From Clostridia bacterium (GTDB taxonomy: Bacteria; Bacillota; Clostridia; RGIG7378), in contig JAFYSJ010000006.1 of the NCBI GenBank assembly GCA_017559445.1, forward strand, positions 380 through 64,379: 64,000 bases of DNA, read 5' to 3'. The notes below the pieces were generated by a model. The model had not been told where the DNA came from. It was given only the letters and a program-made list of their open reading frames with translations, and did not search any database. Below are positions 38,127 to 48,084 of this stretch, in pieces. The stretch's first letter is position 1. Every line of letters begins with the position of its first letter. Made by a program: the position numbers and the translations under genes.

Positions 38127-39929
38127 ATGAAGAAAATATTAGCTTTGTTGCTGGCTTTGACACTTATGCTCTGCGCAGCAAGTTGTGGCAAGGATAATGT
38201 TAAGGACGTAGATATAAACAAGTTGCTTAACGACGTGGCTGATGCCTACACAGATATGGAGTGGGACACATTTAGCTTCTACTATAGCAACGAGACAGAC
38301 GAAGACAAAAAGCTTGAGGGATGGTATGCATCCTATCTTTTCACTAAGGATTATGAGCAAGAGGACGTATTGGATGGATACGACTATGCCATGATCGTTT
38401 CCGGTGGTAAGCAGGTATTTGAGATTGTAATTCTCAAGGGTACAGACAAGGCTGCTACTAAGGCTTTGCTTGAGCAGAGACTTGAGATGAAGCAGGACCC
38501 CACATTGGAAATTTATATGCCAGCAGAGGCTCAGAAACTTAAGAAGTCTGAGATTCTTTTCTATGGCAATTATGGTATTTTGATCACTTCCGGTGACAAC
38601 TCCATTGCAAAGGGTGTTATCGACGCAGCTTTCGGCACAACAAGTGCAGATCCAACAGCTACTCCAGAGGCAAATAACCAGGGAAATGACGGTATTCCTA
38701 CACCAGAACCAAATGGAGGCAACACTTCTCAGGAAATTCAGGTTCTTGTAAATAGACTTATTGCATATGATCAGTATTTTATTAGTGGTCATTGTGCATA
38801 CGGTGCAACAGTTACTATCACAGGTGGCGAAGGCGAAGTTACAGTTAAGTCTGACAACGGTTGCTTTATGGCAGTTGTTCCTATGAAGCAGAACACTCAG
38901 TACACACTTAATGTTGTGGCTACAACAGCGGATAACAAGGTTTCTTCTAAGGAAATTACTGCAAGAGGCGGTTCTAAGGGTGTTCCTTACATCGGCGACT
39001 ACGGTGATATGACAGTTATTGTCGGAGACAGATACCAGTGTTTCTTCCAGGCATGTATTAATGACTACATTGGTAGAAATGTTATTTCTACTTCCACAGC
39101 TAATAAGTTAACATCTGCAGTTCAAACTAAGCTTGCAGACATTAAGGCAGAAGTTATTATTTTGGTAGTTCCAGATCCAACTACAGTTTATACAGAGGAT
39201 GTTCCATCTGAGTACACAGCAGCAACAGAGACATACAGAACTCAGTTTGATGCAGCAGTTGCAGCAGGTGGCATGACAGTAATTGACCTTACAGATGTTC
39301 TCACAGAGCACAAGAACGATGCTCTTAAGATTTACCAGAAGACAGACTCTCACTGGACACAGTATGGTGCTTATTTGGGATATTATGAGCTTATGACTCA
39401 CATTTCTAAGAAGTTCCCAGATGCTGCTCCAAGAAATCTTACAGAGATTTCCTTTGAGAACAGATGGGTAATTGGCGGTGACATGGCATATTACCTCGAC
39501 ATCATGAACAGTGACTTTGAGTATTGGGATGTTGGTGGAAACAAGACATACGACCAGATTGCAGAGTACAACTTGCTCCCTGAGTATACAAACTTTGCTA
39601 AGTACAATATTCAGATGCCAACAAACTCCACACTTTACTGGGACAACTCTTGCCGCAGCTACTTTGAGGAAGTAGGCGACAAGCATACAGTTAAGAACAA
39701 TGTTTCTGGTGGCAATCTTCCAACAGCATATATTTTGAGAGATTCCTTCTCCAACCAGATGTATGACATGATCAACGAGAGATTCTCCAAGGTAACTTGG
39801 GCTAATCTCTGGTCCTACGGTATTAATACCAAGACAATTAATGAGGTAAATCCTGATTATGTAATCATCATCTGTAATGAGCGAGTATTGAGCGATGTAG
39901 TTTCTCAGTTCAGCTCCAACAGAAAGTAA
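38127..39929 (+). CDS. lipoprotein with N-terminal DUF4358-like domain and C-terminal AlgJ/DHHW-like (SGNH-like) domain
   Basis: Lipobox LCAASC; KTDSHWTQYGAY resembles the DHHW/AlgJ motif. Confidence 0.45.
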   Translation: MKKILALLLALTLMLCAASCGKDNVKDVDINKLLNDVADAYTDMEWDTFSFYYSNETDEDKKLEGWYASYLFTKDYEQEDVLDGYDYAMIVSGGKQVFEIVILKGTDKAATKALLEQRLEMKQDPTLEIYMPAEAQKLKKSEILFYGNYGILITSGDNSIAKGVIDAAFGTTSADPTATPEANNQGNDGIPTPEPNGGNTSQEIQVLVNRLIAYDQYFISGHCAYGATVTITGGEGEVTVKSDNGCFMAVVPMKQNTQYTLNVVATTADNKVSSKEITARGGSKGVPYIGDYGDMTVIVGDRYQCFFQACINDYIGRNVISTSTANKLTSAVQTKLADIKAEVIILVVPDPTTVYTEDVPSEYTAATETYRTQFDAAVAAGGMTVIDLTDVLTEHKNDALKIYQKTDSHWTQYGAYLGYYELMTHISKKFPDAAPRNLTEISFENRWVIGGDMAYYLDIMNSDFEYWDVGGNKTYDQIAEYNLLPEYTNFAKYNIQMPTNSTLYWDNSCRSYFEEVGDKHTVKNNVSGGNLPTAYILRDSFSNQMYDMINERFSKVTWANLWSYGINTKTINEVNPDYVIIICNERVLSDVVSQFSSNRK

Positions 39930-40079
39930 ATGGTAAAAGCGCTTTGCAAATTGGCAGGGCGCTTTTTTATGTTTATTCTAAGGTAATAAAAGATAAAGAA
40001 AATTCCTTGACCTAATAAGTAAAAAATAATAGAATCTACCCTAATTGGATTTGTTTACAACTACTAGGAGGATTTTACG

Positions 40080-40634
40080 ATGATTATCGCAGCAGTTGGC
40101 AAGAATGCCACAGGCAAGGATTATTTTTTGGAGTACATTGCTAAGAAGCACGACCTTCCAATGTTCTCTGTAGGAGACATTGTTAGAGAGCTTGCAACTA
40201 AGGATGGCCTTGAGTTGACAAGAGATAACTTGCATGCAACATCTGCAAAGTACATGGCAGCTCACGGACAGGATTTCTTCCCCAAGCAGCTCATTCAGAA
40301 GATTAAGGATGCAAACATGGAGACAGTACTTGTTTCTGGTATTCGTCCATACTCTGACGTACTTGCTTTCAAGGAGGCATTTGGCGACGAGTTCGTTTTG
40401 ATCGACGTTAAGATTTCTTCCGATGAGGAGAGATATAGAAGAATGCAGGTTCGTGCATCTGCACGTGACCCTCAGACATATGAGCAGTTCTTGGCTCAGG
40501 ACAGAGGTGAGGAGGAGCAGTTCCACACATCTCAGACAGAGGCTATGGCTGACTATGTTATTTACAACGATGGTACACAGGAAGAGTACCTTGCTCAGGC
40601 AGATAAGTTCTACGAGGAGCACATTAAGAAGTAA
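40080..40634 (+). CDS. P-loop nucleotide-kinase-like protein
   Basis: GKNATGKD Walker A-like; kinase-sized (184 aa). Confidence 0.45.
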   Translation: MIIAAVGKNATGKDYFLEYIAKKHDLPMFSVGDIVRELATKDGLELTRDNLHATSAKYMAAHGQDFFPKQLIQKIKDANMETVLVSGIRPYSDVLAFKEAFGDEFVLIDVKISSDEERYRRMQVRASARDPQTYEQFLAQDRGEEEQFHTSQTEAMADYVIYNDGTQEEYLAQADKFYEEHIKK

Positions 40635-40656
40635 TTCTTACATAAAGGTTAAAGTA

Positions 40657-40695
40657 AGTCCCTTTTACCGATTTGGTAGAAGGGACTTTTTTGTG
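40657..40695 (+). terminator. rho-independent terminator
   Basis: gtcccttttaccgatttggtagaagggac then T6. Confidence 0.6.
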
Positions 40696-40826
40696 CAAAG
40701 ATTGATCTTATCTGCGATGTTGCGCATCTGTTAGATTTATTACATAATGAGTATAAATAGTCCCCATGGAAATCAGTTGCAAAACAAAGCTCGAAAATTT
40801 AAGGTAGAGTTATTTGTGATTACCCT

Positions 40827-41756
40827 ATGTGTAGGAGGATTTTAATGCGCATATCAAATAAGAAGTTAGTGTTCGCTGCATTTATAAGCGTTTTTTTAGT
40901 GTTCTTAATTCTTGGATGTGTGATTGGTGTGAGCTATTGTATAAAAGGCTCTGTGTATTTTCTTCTTCAAAATATTATTTCTATTGCCTATATTCTTTTG
41001 TGTGTTATGGCAATCGTTATACTAAATGAAAAACCTAGAGTATTTAGTGTTGCCCTGATAATTGCAAATAGTGTTTTAGCTATAGGTAGGCTGTACCTTT
41101 TAACATATAGAATATATCATCGACTGCTGTTTCTTACCTTTGTTTTGAGTGTTCTTTACTTTGGTTTTTGCTTATTGCTTTCTTCTATCTCTCGAAAACA
41201 ACAGGATAAAAATAAGCTGAAACTAAATGGTGTCATGCCGCTTCTTACTGTAGGCATATCCTTGGTGGTGGAAGGCCTGGAGGTGAGTGAATTAATTGAA
41301 ACAGAGATTCCTTTACCACGTGATTGGATTTGGATTACGCTTGTGCTTTCCTTGATTGCCGTTGTTGTAGGGGCGATAGTTATTAAGGATCGAGAAAATA
41401 AAAAAGAGTATGTTGGAAAATTATGTGGAGTCTTCTTTACAGTAATATTTGTCGTTTTTGTACTCCCACTAATGTCTATTGGGTATGTGAATTACGTCTT
41501 TGATACATCTACACCAGAACCTATAAAAAGTGTAGTTGTAGATACGTATACGAAGTCTAGTCCTAGAAGTCCTTCACGAAGTTATCACTTGGTATTGAAT
41601 GTAGATGGAGAGGAAGTAAACTTTGATACAAATGGAGTACTGTACTCCCAATATCAAGAAGGAGATACGGTCTGTTTGTTCAAGTATGAAGGCGCATTTG
41701 GCTGGACTTACTATGAATATCAATTCGATGACATTTATCATTACAATGAGAAATAA
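40827..41756 (+). CDS. hypothetical polytopic membrane protein
   Basis: 6-7 predicted TM helices; flanked by near-identical terminator hairpins. Confidence 0.5.
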   Translation: MCRRILMRISNKKLVFAAFISVFLVFLILGCVIGVSYCIKGSVYFLLQNIISIAYILLCVMAIVILNEKPRVFSVALIIANSVLAIGRLYLLTYRIYHRLLFLTFVLSVLYFGFCLLLSSISRKQQDKNKLKLNGVMPLLTVGISLVVEGLEVSELIETEIPLPRDWIWITLVLSLIAVVVGAIVIKDRENKKEYVGKLCGVFFTVIFVVFVLPLMSIGYVNYVFDTSTPEPIKSVVVDTYTKSSPRSPSRSYHLVLNVDGEEVNFDTNGVLYSQYQEGDTVCLFKYEGAFGWTYYEYQFDDIYHYNEK

Positions 41757-41760
41757 GTGC

Positions 41761-41798
41761 AAAAGTCCCTTTTACCAAATCGGTAGAAGGGATTTTTT
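41761..41798 (+). terminator. rho-independent terminator (paralog of the 40657 hairpin with 5-nt loop inverted)
   Basis: gtcccttttaccaaatcggtagaagggat then T6. Confidence 0.55.
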
Positions 41799-41808
41799 GT
41801 AAGAAAAA

Positions 41809-41903
41809 GTGTAAAACACATTTTTCCAAGGTTTTTAGGGTATAAAACACACATTTTTCCAAGGTTTTTAGGGTATAAAACACACATTTTTCCAAATAAG
41901 GGC
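41809..41903. repeat. tandem direct repeat, about 33-bp unit, about 2.9 copies
   Basis: gt(g/a)taaaacaca(ca)tttttccaaggtttttaggg repeated head-to-tail. Confidence 0.7.
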
Positions 41904-41937
41904 AAAAAACAACTCCAACCCGTATGGATTGGAGTGT
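41903..41937 (-). terminator. terminator of cysE
   Basis: Minus-strand hairpin aacactccaatccatacgggttggagttgtt followed by T-run. Confidence 0.55.
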
Positions 41938-41941
41938 TATT

Positions 41942-42472
41942 TTAATGCGCAGGAGTGCCAGCAGGCATACGGATTGTGGCAGGAATACCAATTGCTGTTG
42001 CTCCAGCAGGAACGTCTCTTACAACTACAGCACCGGCTGCAATTTTGGCACCATCACCGATAGTAACAGAGCCTAAAATTTTGGATCCAGCGCCTACCAT
42101 AATGTTGTTGCCTAATGTGGGATGACGCTTGCCTTTTTCTTTGCCAGTACCACCCAAGGTTACGCCCTGATAAATAATGCAATTGTTGCCGATTATGGTG
42201 GTTTCGCCAATAACTACTCCCATGCCATGGTCAATAAACAGGCAGTCGCCAATCTGAGCACCAGGGTGAATCTCAACACCAGTTAATTTCTTTGTGCGCT
42301 CGGACAAGTATCTTGCCAAAAATCTATGATTATGTTTGAACAGCCAATGGGACAATCTATGTCTACGCACTGCTCTGTAGCCTGGATACAGCATGAGTAT
42401 CTCGGGCAAGCTGCCAGCGGCAGGGTCATTGGCTCTAATAAATGCTACTTCTCTCTTTAATCTGTCGAACAT
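41942..42472 (-). CDS. cysE: serine O-acetyltransferase
   Basis: Left-handed beta-helix hexapeptide repeats; DHGMGVVIGETTIIGNNCIIYQGVTLGG. Confidence 0.88.
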   Translation of the reverse strand: MFDRLKREVAFIRANDPAAGSLPEILMLYPGYRAVRRHRLSHWLFKHNHRFLARYLSERTKKLTGVEIHPGAQIGDCLFIDHGMGVVIGETTIIGNNCIIYQGVTLGGTGKEKGKRHPTLGNNIMVGAGSKILGSVTIGDGAKIAAGAVVVRDVPAGATAIGIPATIRMPAGTPAH

Positions 42473-42537
42473 TGTCGTCTCCCAGTCTTTATCCTAAGAT
42501 ATGTGATATTTTTGTGATTGTTAACCTATTCTACGTA

Positions 42538-43458
42538 TTAGCCCAAAGGGCAACAAGAAAGATATCTGTCTCCCGAGTCGGGGAGGACAACCACAACAGT
42601 AGCATTCTGCAAAGATGGGTCACCGTTTAGTGAAAGGGCCGCCGCAAGGGCTGCACCAGATGAAATGCCTGCAAAAATTCCTTCCAAGTGGCAGAGTTCC
42701 TGAGCGTATTTGAAAGCATCCTGCTCAGTGGCAGTAACCACCTTGTCTATTAGGCTAAGGTCTAGTACATCTGGGACGAAGTTGGCTCCAATTCCCTGTA
42801 TGCCGTGGGGGCCAGCCCATCCCTCTGTCAGCAGAGGAGAGTTGGCAGGCTCGACGCCTACGACCTTAATGCTTGGCTTTTGAGATTTAAGATATTTGCT
42901 AGAGCCTGTAATGGTTCCACCTGTGCCGATTGTGGCAACTAAGCAGTCTACAGCTCCATTTGTCTGTGTAAAAATTTCTGGTCCAGTGGTTGCCTCGTGA
43001 GCAGCTGGGTTGGCAGGGTTAGAGAACTGTCCGGCCATGATGCAATTGTCATGGGTTGCAACGTATTCCTCTGCCATTTGGATAGCGCCAGTCATACCCA
43101 ATGCTCCTGGAGTTAAGACAAGCTCCGCTCCGTATTTGCTGAGCAATGTGCGGCGCTCTTCTGACATGGTGTCTGGCATATAGATGCGGGCTTTGTAGCC
43201 CCTAGATGCGGCAACTGCAGCAAGTCCAATGCCTGTGTTGCCAGAAGTGGGTTCCACAATGGTGCCGCCCGGCTTTAATCTGCCAGATTGCTCTGCGTCC
43301 TCAACGATGGACTTGGCAACTCTGTCCTTGGCACTGCCTGTGGGATTGTACATTTCTAACTTGGCAAAAAGCTTGAAATTTAGGCCATACTTAGCTTCCA
43401 CATTGCTAAGCTGCAACATGGGAGTATTGCCCATTAAATCCAAAATGTTCTTTGCCAT
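42538..43458 (-). CDS. cysK: cysteine synthase A (O-acetylserine sulfhydrylase)
   Basis: PLP-lysine region NPTGSAKDR and GNTGIGLA; start chosen at MAKNIL. Confidence 0.9.
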   Translation of the reverse strand: MAKNILDLMGNTPMLQLSNVEAKYGLNFKLFAKLEMYNPTGSAKDRVAKSIVEDAEQSGRLKPGGTIVEPTSGNTGIGLAAVAASRGYKARIYMPDTMSEERRTLLSKYGAELVLTPGALGMTGAIQMAEEYVATHDNCIMAGQFSNPANPAAHEATTGPEIFTQTNGAVDCLVATIGTGGTITGSSKYLKSQKPSIKVVGVEPANSPLLTEGWAGPHGIQGIGANFVPDVLDLSLIDKVVTATEQDAFKYAQELCHLEGIFAGISSGAALAAALSLNGDPSLQNATVVVVLPDSGDRYLSCCPLG

Positions 43459-43509
43459 GGAAGGTCCCACCATTTCGATTGTTAGTTGGGACAATTATAT
43501 TCTTCGATA

Positions 43510-44271
43510 TTAGCAGATGCAACGGGAACGACAGCAACACATGCTAATTAGATTAAGTAGGGCATTAAAGAGTATAAGTCTCACACAGAAATTATTCAAA
43601 ATACCTGGGCGAGAGTATGTTCTGCCTGTGTTTGTGTATCTAGCACTGCTTCTGTACAGGGACTCAGAAAAGTCTGCGTATGTGTTGTTGGATGGCTCTG
43701 CATCTACTGCGGCCTTAGCCATTTCGCGGGCCTTGGACATGTTGCCAATGCCTGTGTATGCCAAAGCGCAGAGGTAATTCCATCTAGCAGATCTGTTGGA
43801 GCTCTGTTGCAAAGAGTAAAGAGCCTCCTGGAACATGCGCTGGTTAATGTAATTAACAGCATTCTTCATAAAAATGTCGTCAGAGTTATCTGGCTCCGCA
43901 TGCAAGTTATAGCTATTATAACTGCCACCAGAGAAACCAAAGGGGCTATATGTGTAAGTGTATGTGTATCCGTTGTTCTGGTATGTGCCACTCTGGCCAT
44001 AAGGGTTGCCGTAGGAACCCTGTCCATAGGAGCCCTGACCGTATGAATTGCTCTGGCCATATGGGTTGTAGGAAGCCTTGCCCTGTCTAATGTCCATGAT
44101 CAGGTTATATGCCTGCTGGACCTCTACAAATTTAGCCTGAATTTCCTCAATGTTGGGCGCACCAATATTCATATCTGGGTGATATTTCTTAGCCAAAGTC
44201 TTATATGCTTTTTTGATCTCTTCCTCAGAGGCGTTGGGTGAAACTCCCAAAATCTTGTAGGGATCGTTCAT
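43510..44271 (-). CDS. J-domain protein with Q/G/S/Y-rich low-complexity segment
   Basis: [30 protein letters not shown] domain (HPD); [20 protein letters not shown] repeat. Confidence 0.7.
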   Translation of the reverse strand: MNDPYKILGVSPNASEEEIKKAYKTLAKKYHPDMNIGAPNIEEIQAKFVEVQQAYNLIMDIRQGKASYNPYGQSNSYGQGSYGQGSYGNPYGQSGTYQNNGYTYTYTYSPFGFSGGSYNSYNLHAEPDNSDDIFMKNAVNYINQRMFQEALYSLQQSSNRSARWNYLCALAYTGIGNMSKAREMAKAAVDAEPSNNTYADFSESLYRSSARYTNTGRTYSRPGILNNFCVRLILFNALLNLISMCCCRSRCIC

Positions 44272-45126
44272 TTACTTTTTCTCCTTGGCAGCACGTCTCT
44301 CTGCCTCATATTGTCTCCTGGCCTTAATCTGGTCAAATCGAATCCAGACGCCAGAATATATAATGTTTCGCAGAATATCTGAATATTCCACAAGCGGTAA
44401 TCTTTCGTAGGCGCTAGCACACTCTGCCAAATCGTATGTTAGCATATTTGCCACTGTTTCTTCAAAGGTGGCTGGGTCATAGGTCTTGGCGAAGGGGTTG
44501 TAGTTGCCCTTGCGAATATCCTTGTCCACATCGTCAAAGGCATCCATAAGGTACACGTACTTGCCTAAGAAATTGCCAAGGGCTCTCAGCGTGGGAGACC
44601 ACTCGTCCTCCTTATATACTAACAGCTCTGCCATCATGGAACCAGTTAGGGCGGCCACAGTTTCTGGGTCGCAGTCCTGATGCTTTTCTATTTCGACCAA
44701 GTCGTTAATGTACTTTTCAATAGCTTGAGCTTGTCTTGGCCACTTTTCGAAAAGGGATTTAGCCTTGCTAGAAAGCAAATCTCCCTCTAGTTTGTACATA
44801 ATGTTGCCATCGTCATGCCAATGGTCCATGCATTGGTAGTATGCCAGTAAAATGGTCATGTCTGCGGCATAGTCTACATATTTGTTAAGCATGCGCTGGG
44901 TGGACTTAATTGGATGGACAAAACACCTTTTGTGCACAGGCTTGGTATCGTCATCGTACAAATCCGACAGGAGCATGGCCACGAAAACCATGTCGTATGA
45001 CAGGGTAACTCGACCAGTTAGTCCATATCTGCTCAAAGAAGAACAGATACCACAATAGAAACTGCGGTATGTGTCGTAGTCCTTAAGCTTCAATTCAGAT
45101 TCATTGATAACAACGTAGCCAAACAT
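44272..45126 (-). CDS. hypothetical protein (co-operonic with the J-domain protein)
   Basis: ORF abutting neighbours; no motif recognised. Confidence 0.45.
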   Translation of the reverse strand: MFGYVVINESELKLKDYDTYRSFYCGICSSLSRYGLTGRVTLSYDMVFVAMLLSDLYDDDTKPVHKRCFVHPIKSTQRMLNKYVDYAADMTILLAYYQCMDHWHDDGNIMYKLEGDLLSSKAKSLFEKWPRQAQAIEKYINDLVEIEKHQDCDPETVAALTGSMMAELLVYKEDEWSPTLRALGNFLGKYVYLMDAFDDVDKDIRKGNYNPFAKTYDPATFEETVANMLTYDLAECASAYERLPLVEYSDILRNIIYSGVWIRFDQIKARRQYEAERRAAKEKK

Positions 45127-45129
45127 AGT

Positions 45130-45543
45130 TTATGTCCTTGCATCAAAAGAGTGGCCGCACTGACGGCAGTGGACCTTGATCTTGCCCTTTCCCTTAGGCA
45201 CGCGAAGGATGTTTTTGCAACCAGGACAGCGGAAAAACTTGTGAGTCTTGCGCTGATTGAACATGTCCTGATAGCCCTTTGCCATGCGCTTAGTCTTTTG
45301 GACGAAGTTGTGGAACTTATAGTTCTCCATGGAACGCTTGTAAGTGTTCTTAGAAAGCATTCTAAATGTGTAGAAAATAATAAGTGCCCAGCAAATTGTA
45401 CTAAGTACTAAGGATGCGATTGTGTTGTTAGGCACAAAGATCTGGGCGATTAGCAAAATAAATGTAACAACTAATAATGTTTTGTTAAGTAAATCGTTTC
45501 CGCCGTATCTGCCGGCCATAAAACGAACAAAGCGTTCTCTCAT
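45130..45543 (-). CDS. membrane protein with C-terminal zinc ribbon
   Basis: Two TM helices; CPGC...CRQCGH. Confidence 0.5.
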   Translation of the reverse strand: MRERFVRFMAGRYGGNDLLNKTLLVVTFILLIAQIFVPNNTIASLVLSTICWALIIFYTFRMLSKNTYKRSMENYKFHNFVQKTKRMAKGYQDMFNQRKTHKFFRCPGCKNILRVPKGKGKIKVHCRQCGHSFDART

Positions 45544-45739
45544 GCGTCTATTCCTCTGTAATAAAAATCACAACAACTAATATATGCTTGTCATGTAAAC
45601 TAAATACAAACTGATTAAGACTATTATAATGCATAAAGGTTATAATCTCATATATAGATTGTAAATCTTTTTAGTTCACATAAATTTACAGGTGGTATAT
45701 AATTAGGGGTAGTACTTATTTTAAGAGGTTATACAGGTA

Positions 45740-48070
45740 ATGAAGAGAGAAACAGTAGACCAGGTTGTATATATTGCCAGTCTTCCTTTCAAGGGTATCA
45801 TCCACGTTTTGTGGATTGGCTTTAAGGCACTGTTTTTGACACTTGTTTTCTGCGGAGTAGTGGGAGCGGGTCTTATTTTGGGTGCCGTTTCAGCATATGT
45901 AAACAACGCTACACCTTTGACTTCTGAAGACTTCATTATCGAGAGCATGGTTTCGTACATCTACGATGACCAGGGCGAAATCATCCAGACCATGAATGGT
46001 GCCTCTAACCGTATCGTTATTAATTATCAGGACGCACCTCAGGATTTGGTTAACGCCTTTATCGCCATTGAGGACCAGAGATTCTGGGAGCACAGCGGCG
46101 TAGATGTTAAGAGAACTGTTGCTGCAGGTCTTAGCTATGTAGTTACTTTGGGTAACTCTTCCTTTGGTGGTTCCACCATTACACAGCAGCTTATTAAGAA
46201 TGTTTCTGGCAATTGGCAGAACTCTATTCAGCGTAAGATTCAGGAGCAGTACATGGCTCTGGAACTTGAGAAGCAGATGACCAAGGAGCAGATTATTACT
46301 TCATACATGAATGTAATTTATATGGGCTCCAACATTTATGGCGTTGAGTCTGCTGCTCAGTACTATTTTGGCAAGTCCGTTGGGGAACTTAGCTTGGCAG
46401 AGTGCGCAGCTTTGGCTGGCATTACTAACTCTCCAGGTAAGTATGCTCCAGTTGGCCCCATTACTCGTGGTTACAACAAGGAGAGACAGGAGATTGTTTT
46501 GGCCGAGATGCTTCGTCAGGGCTTGATTTCCAAGCATCAGTACGATGAGGCCATGGCTGAGGAGCTTGCATATATCCATATTGAAGATTTGGAAACAGAA
46601 GAGACAGATACAGTACAGAGCTGGTTTGTAGATTCTGTTATTTACGAGTCCATTTACGCTCTCATGGAGCTTAAGGGCTGGACATATAACAGAGCCGCTT
46701 TGGCTGTATACAACGGTGGTCTTCATATTTATTCTACACAGAGCACTGAAGTTCAGAATGCCATGACAGAGGTGTTCAACGACCCTACAATTTTCCCCAT
46801 GAACCAGGGCCTTGTTAACAGAGACCTTATGGGACAGGCTGCTATGGTAGTTACAGATCCATACACAGGTTATGTTAAGGGAATTTACGGTGGATATGGT
46901 CAAAAGGACGAAAACATGGGACTTAATTTGGCTAGCCAGATGTACAGACAGCCTGGTTCCACATGGAAGCCTATTGCCGTATATGCACCTTTGATCGACG
47001 CGGGTATTATTAACGCAGGCACAATTGTTGACGACGCACCTGCTTATTTAAACAACGAGGACCCAGAGTCTATTTACCCCAGCAACTACGATTCTGGAGA
47101 TTACCATGGTTTGACTACAATCCACGATGCAGTTATGTACTCCATTAACGTTATTGCTGCTAAGTCCTACATGATGAGCCCCAAGACTGTTTATCCATAC
47201 ATCGACAAGATGGGACTTAACAGAGACGATGAGGTTTATGTATCCTTTGCTTTGGGTGGTCTTAACTTAGGTACTAACCCATTAGAAATGGCTGGCGCTT
47301 ACGCAACATTTGCAAACGATGGTGTTTGGATTGAGCCCACATTCATTGTTAAAATTGAGGATGGCGCAGGCAATACATTGATCGCTGAGACACATCAGGA
47401 TAGAAATGTTGTCTTCTCTGAGCAGACTGCATACATCATGACAGATATCATGAGCGATGTAAGCAGCCCACAGGGTACAGCTTCCGACTACGGTAAGATT
47501 TACAACAAGAATGGACAGCTCATTCCAACAGCTGGTAAGACAGGTACTTCCAGTGGATGGAAGGATAAGTGGTTCCTTTGCTATACACCTTACTACGTAG
47601 GTTCCGTATGGTACGGATACACACAGAATACAACTATTCCAAACACAGAGTACAACATGGCTAAACTTGTTTGGAACAAGGTTATGACTAAGATTCACGC
47701 AGACCTTGCACCAGTAGACTTTGGTTCACAGCCCTCTGGTATTGTTGAGGTAGAAATCTGCAAGTGCTCTGGCAAGCTGGCAACAGAACTTTGTAAACAG
47801 GACCCAAGAGGATCCGATATTTTCACAAAGGAGTACTACATCACAGGTACAGAGCCCACAGATTATTGTCAGACTCACGTTGAGTGTATGGTTTGCTCCA
47901 CAACAGGTCTTCTCCCAACAGACGCATGTACTAACGTTGTATTCAAGGTTCTCATCGTAAGAGATGAGGTTAAGGAAGATGATCCTAAGCCAATCGACTA
48001 CAAGTACATGGTTCCACTTAAGGAGTGTAACAAGCACGTCCCCAAGGCAACACCAACGCCCAAGAACTAA
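45740..48070 (+). CDS. class A penicillin-binding protein (transglycosylase plus transpeptidase)
   Basis: GT51 motifs (EDQRFWEHSGVD, GGSTITQQ), transpeptidase STWKP (SxxK) and KTGTS. Confidence 0.9.
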   Translation: MKRETVDQVVYIASLPFKGIIHVLWIGFKALFLTLVFCGVVGAGLILGAVSAYVNNATPLTSEDFIIESMVSYIYDDQGEIIQTMNGASNRIVINYQDAPQDLVNAFIAIEDQRFWEHSGVDVKRTVAAGLSYVVTLGNSSFGGSTITQQLIKNVSGNWQNSIQRKIQEQYMALELEKQMTKEQIITSYMNVIYMGSNIYGVESAAQYYFGKSVGELSLAECAALAGITNSPGKYAPVGPITRGYNKERQEIVLAEMLRQGLISKHQYDEAMAEELAYIHIEDLETEETDTVQSWFVDSVIYESIYALMELKGWTYNRAALAVYNGGLHIYSTQSTEVQNAMTEVFNDPTIFPMNQGLVNRDLMGQAAMVVTDPYTGYVKGIYGGYGQKDENMGLNLASQMYRQPGSTWKPIAVYAPLIDAGIINAGTIVDDAPAYLNNEDPESIYPSNYDSGDYHGLTTIHDAVMYSINVIAAKSYMMSPKTVYPYIDKMGLNRDDEVYVSFALGGLNLGTNPLEMAGAYATFANDGVWIEPTFIVKIEDGAGNTLIAETHQDRNVVFSEQTAYIMTDIMSDVSSPQGTASDYGKIYNKNGQLIPTAGKTGTSSGWKDKWFLCYTPYYVGSVWYGYTQNTTIPNTEYNMAKLVWNKVMTKIHADLAPVDFGSQPSGIVEVEICKCSGKLATELCKQDPRGSDIFTKEYYITGTEPTDYCQTHVECMVCSTTGLLPTDACTNVVFKVLIVRDEVKEDDPKPIDYKYMVPLKECNKHVPKATPTPKN

Positions 48071-48084
48071 CAGAGGAGACACAT

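Noticed and set aside
40657-41798. Interpretation of the two flanking hairpins as an invertible DNA switch
   Set aside because: Both hairpin arms are in the same orientation in the two copies and only the 5-nt loop is flipped, so the 1.1-kb segment is not bounded by true inverted repeats. It was kept only as a low-interest duplication observation.
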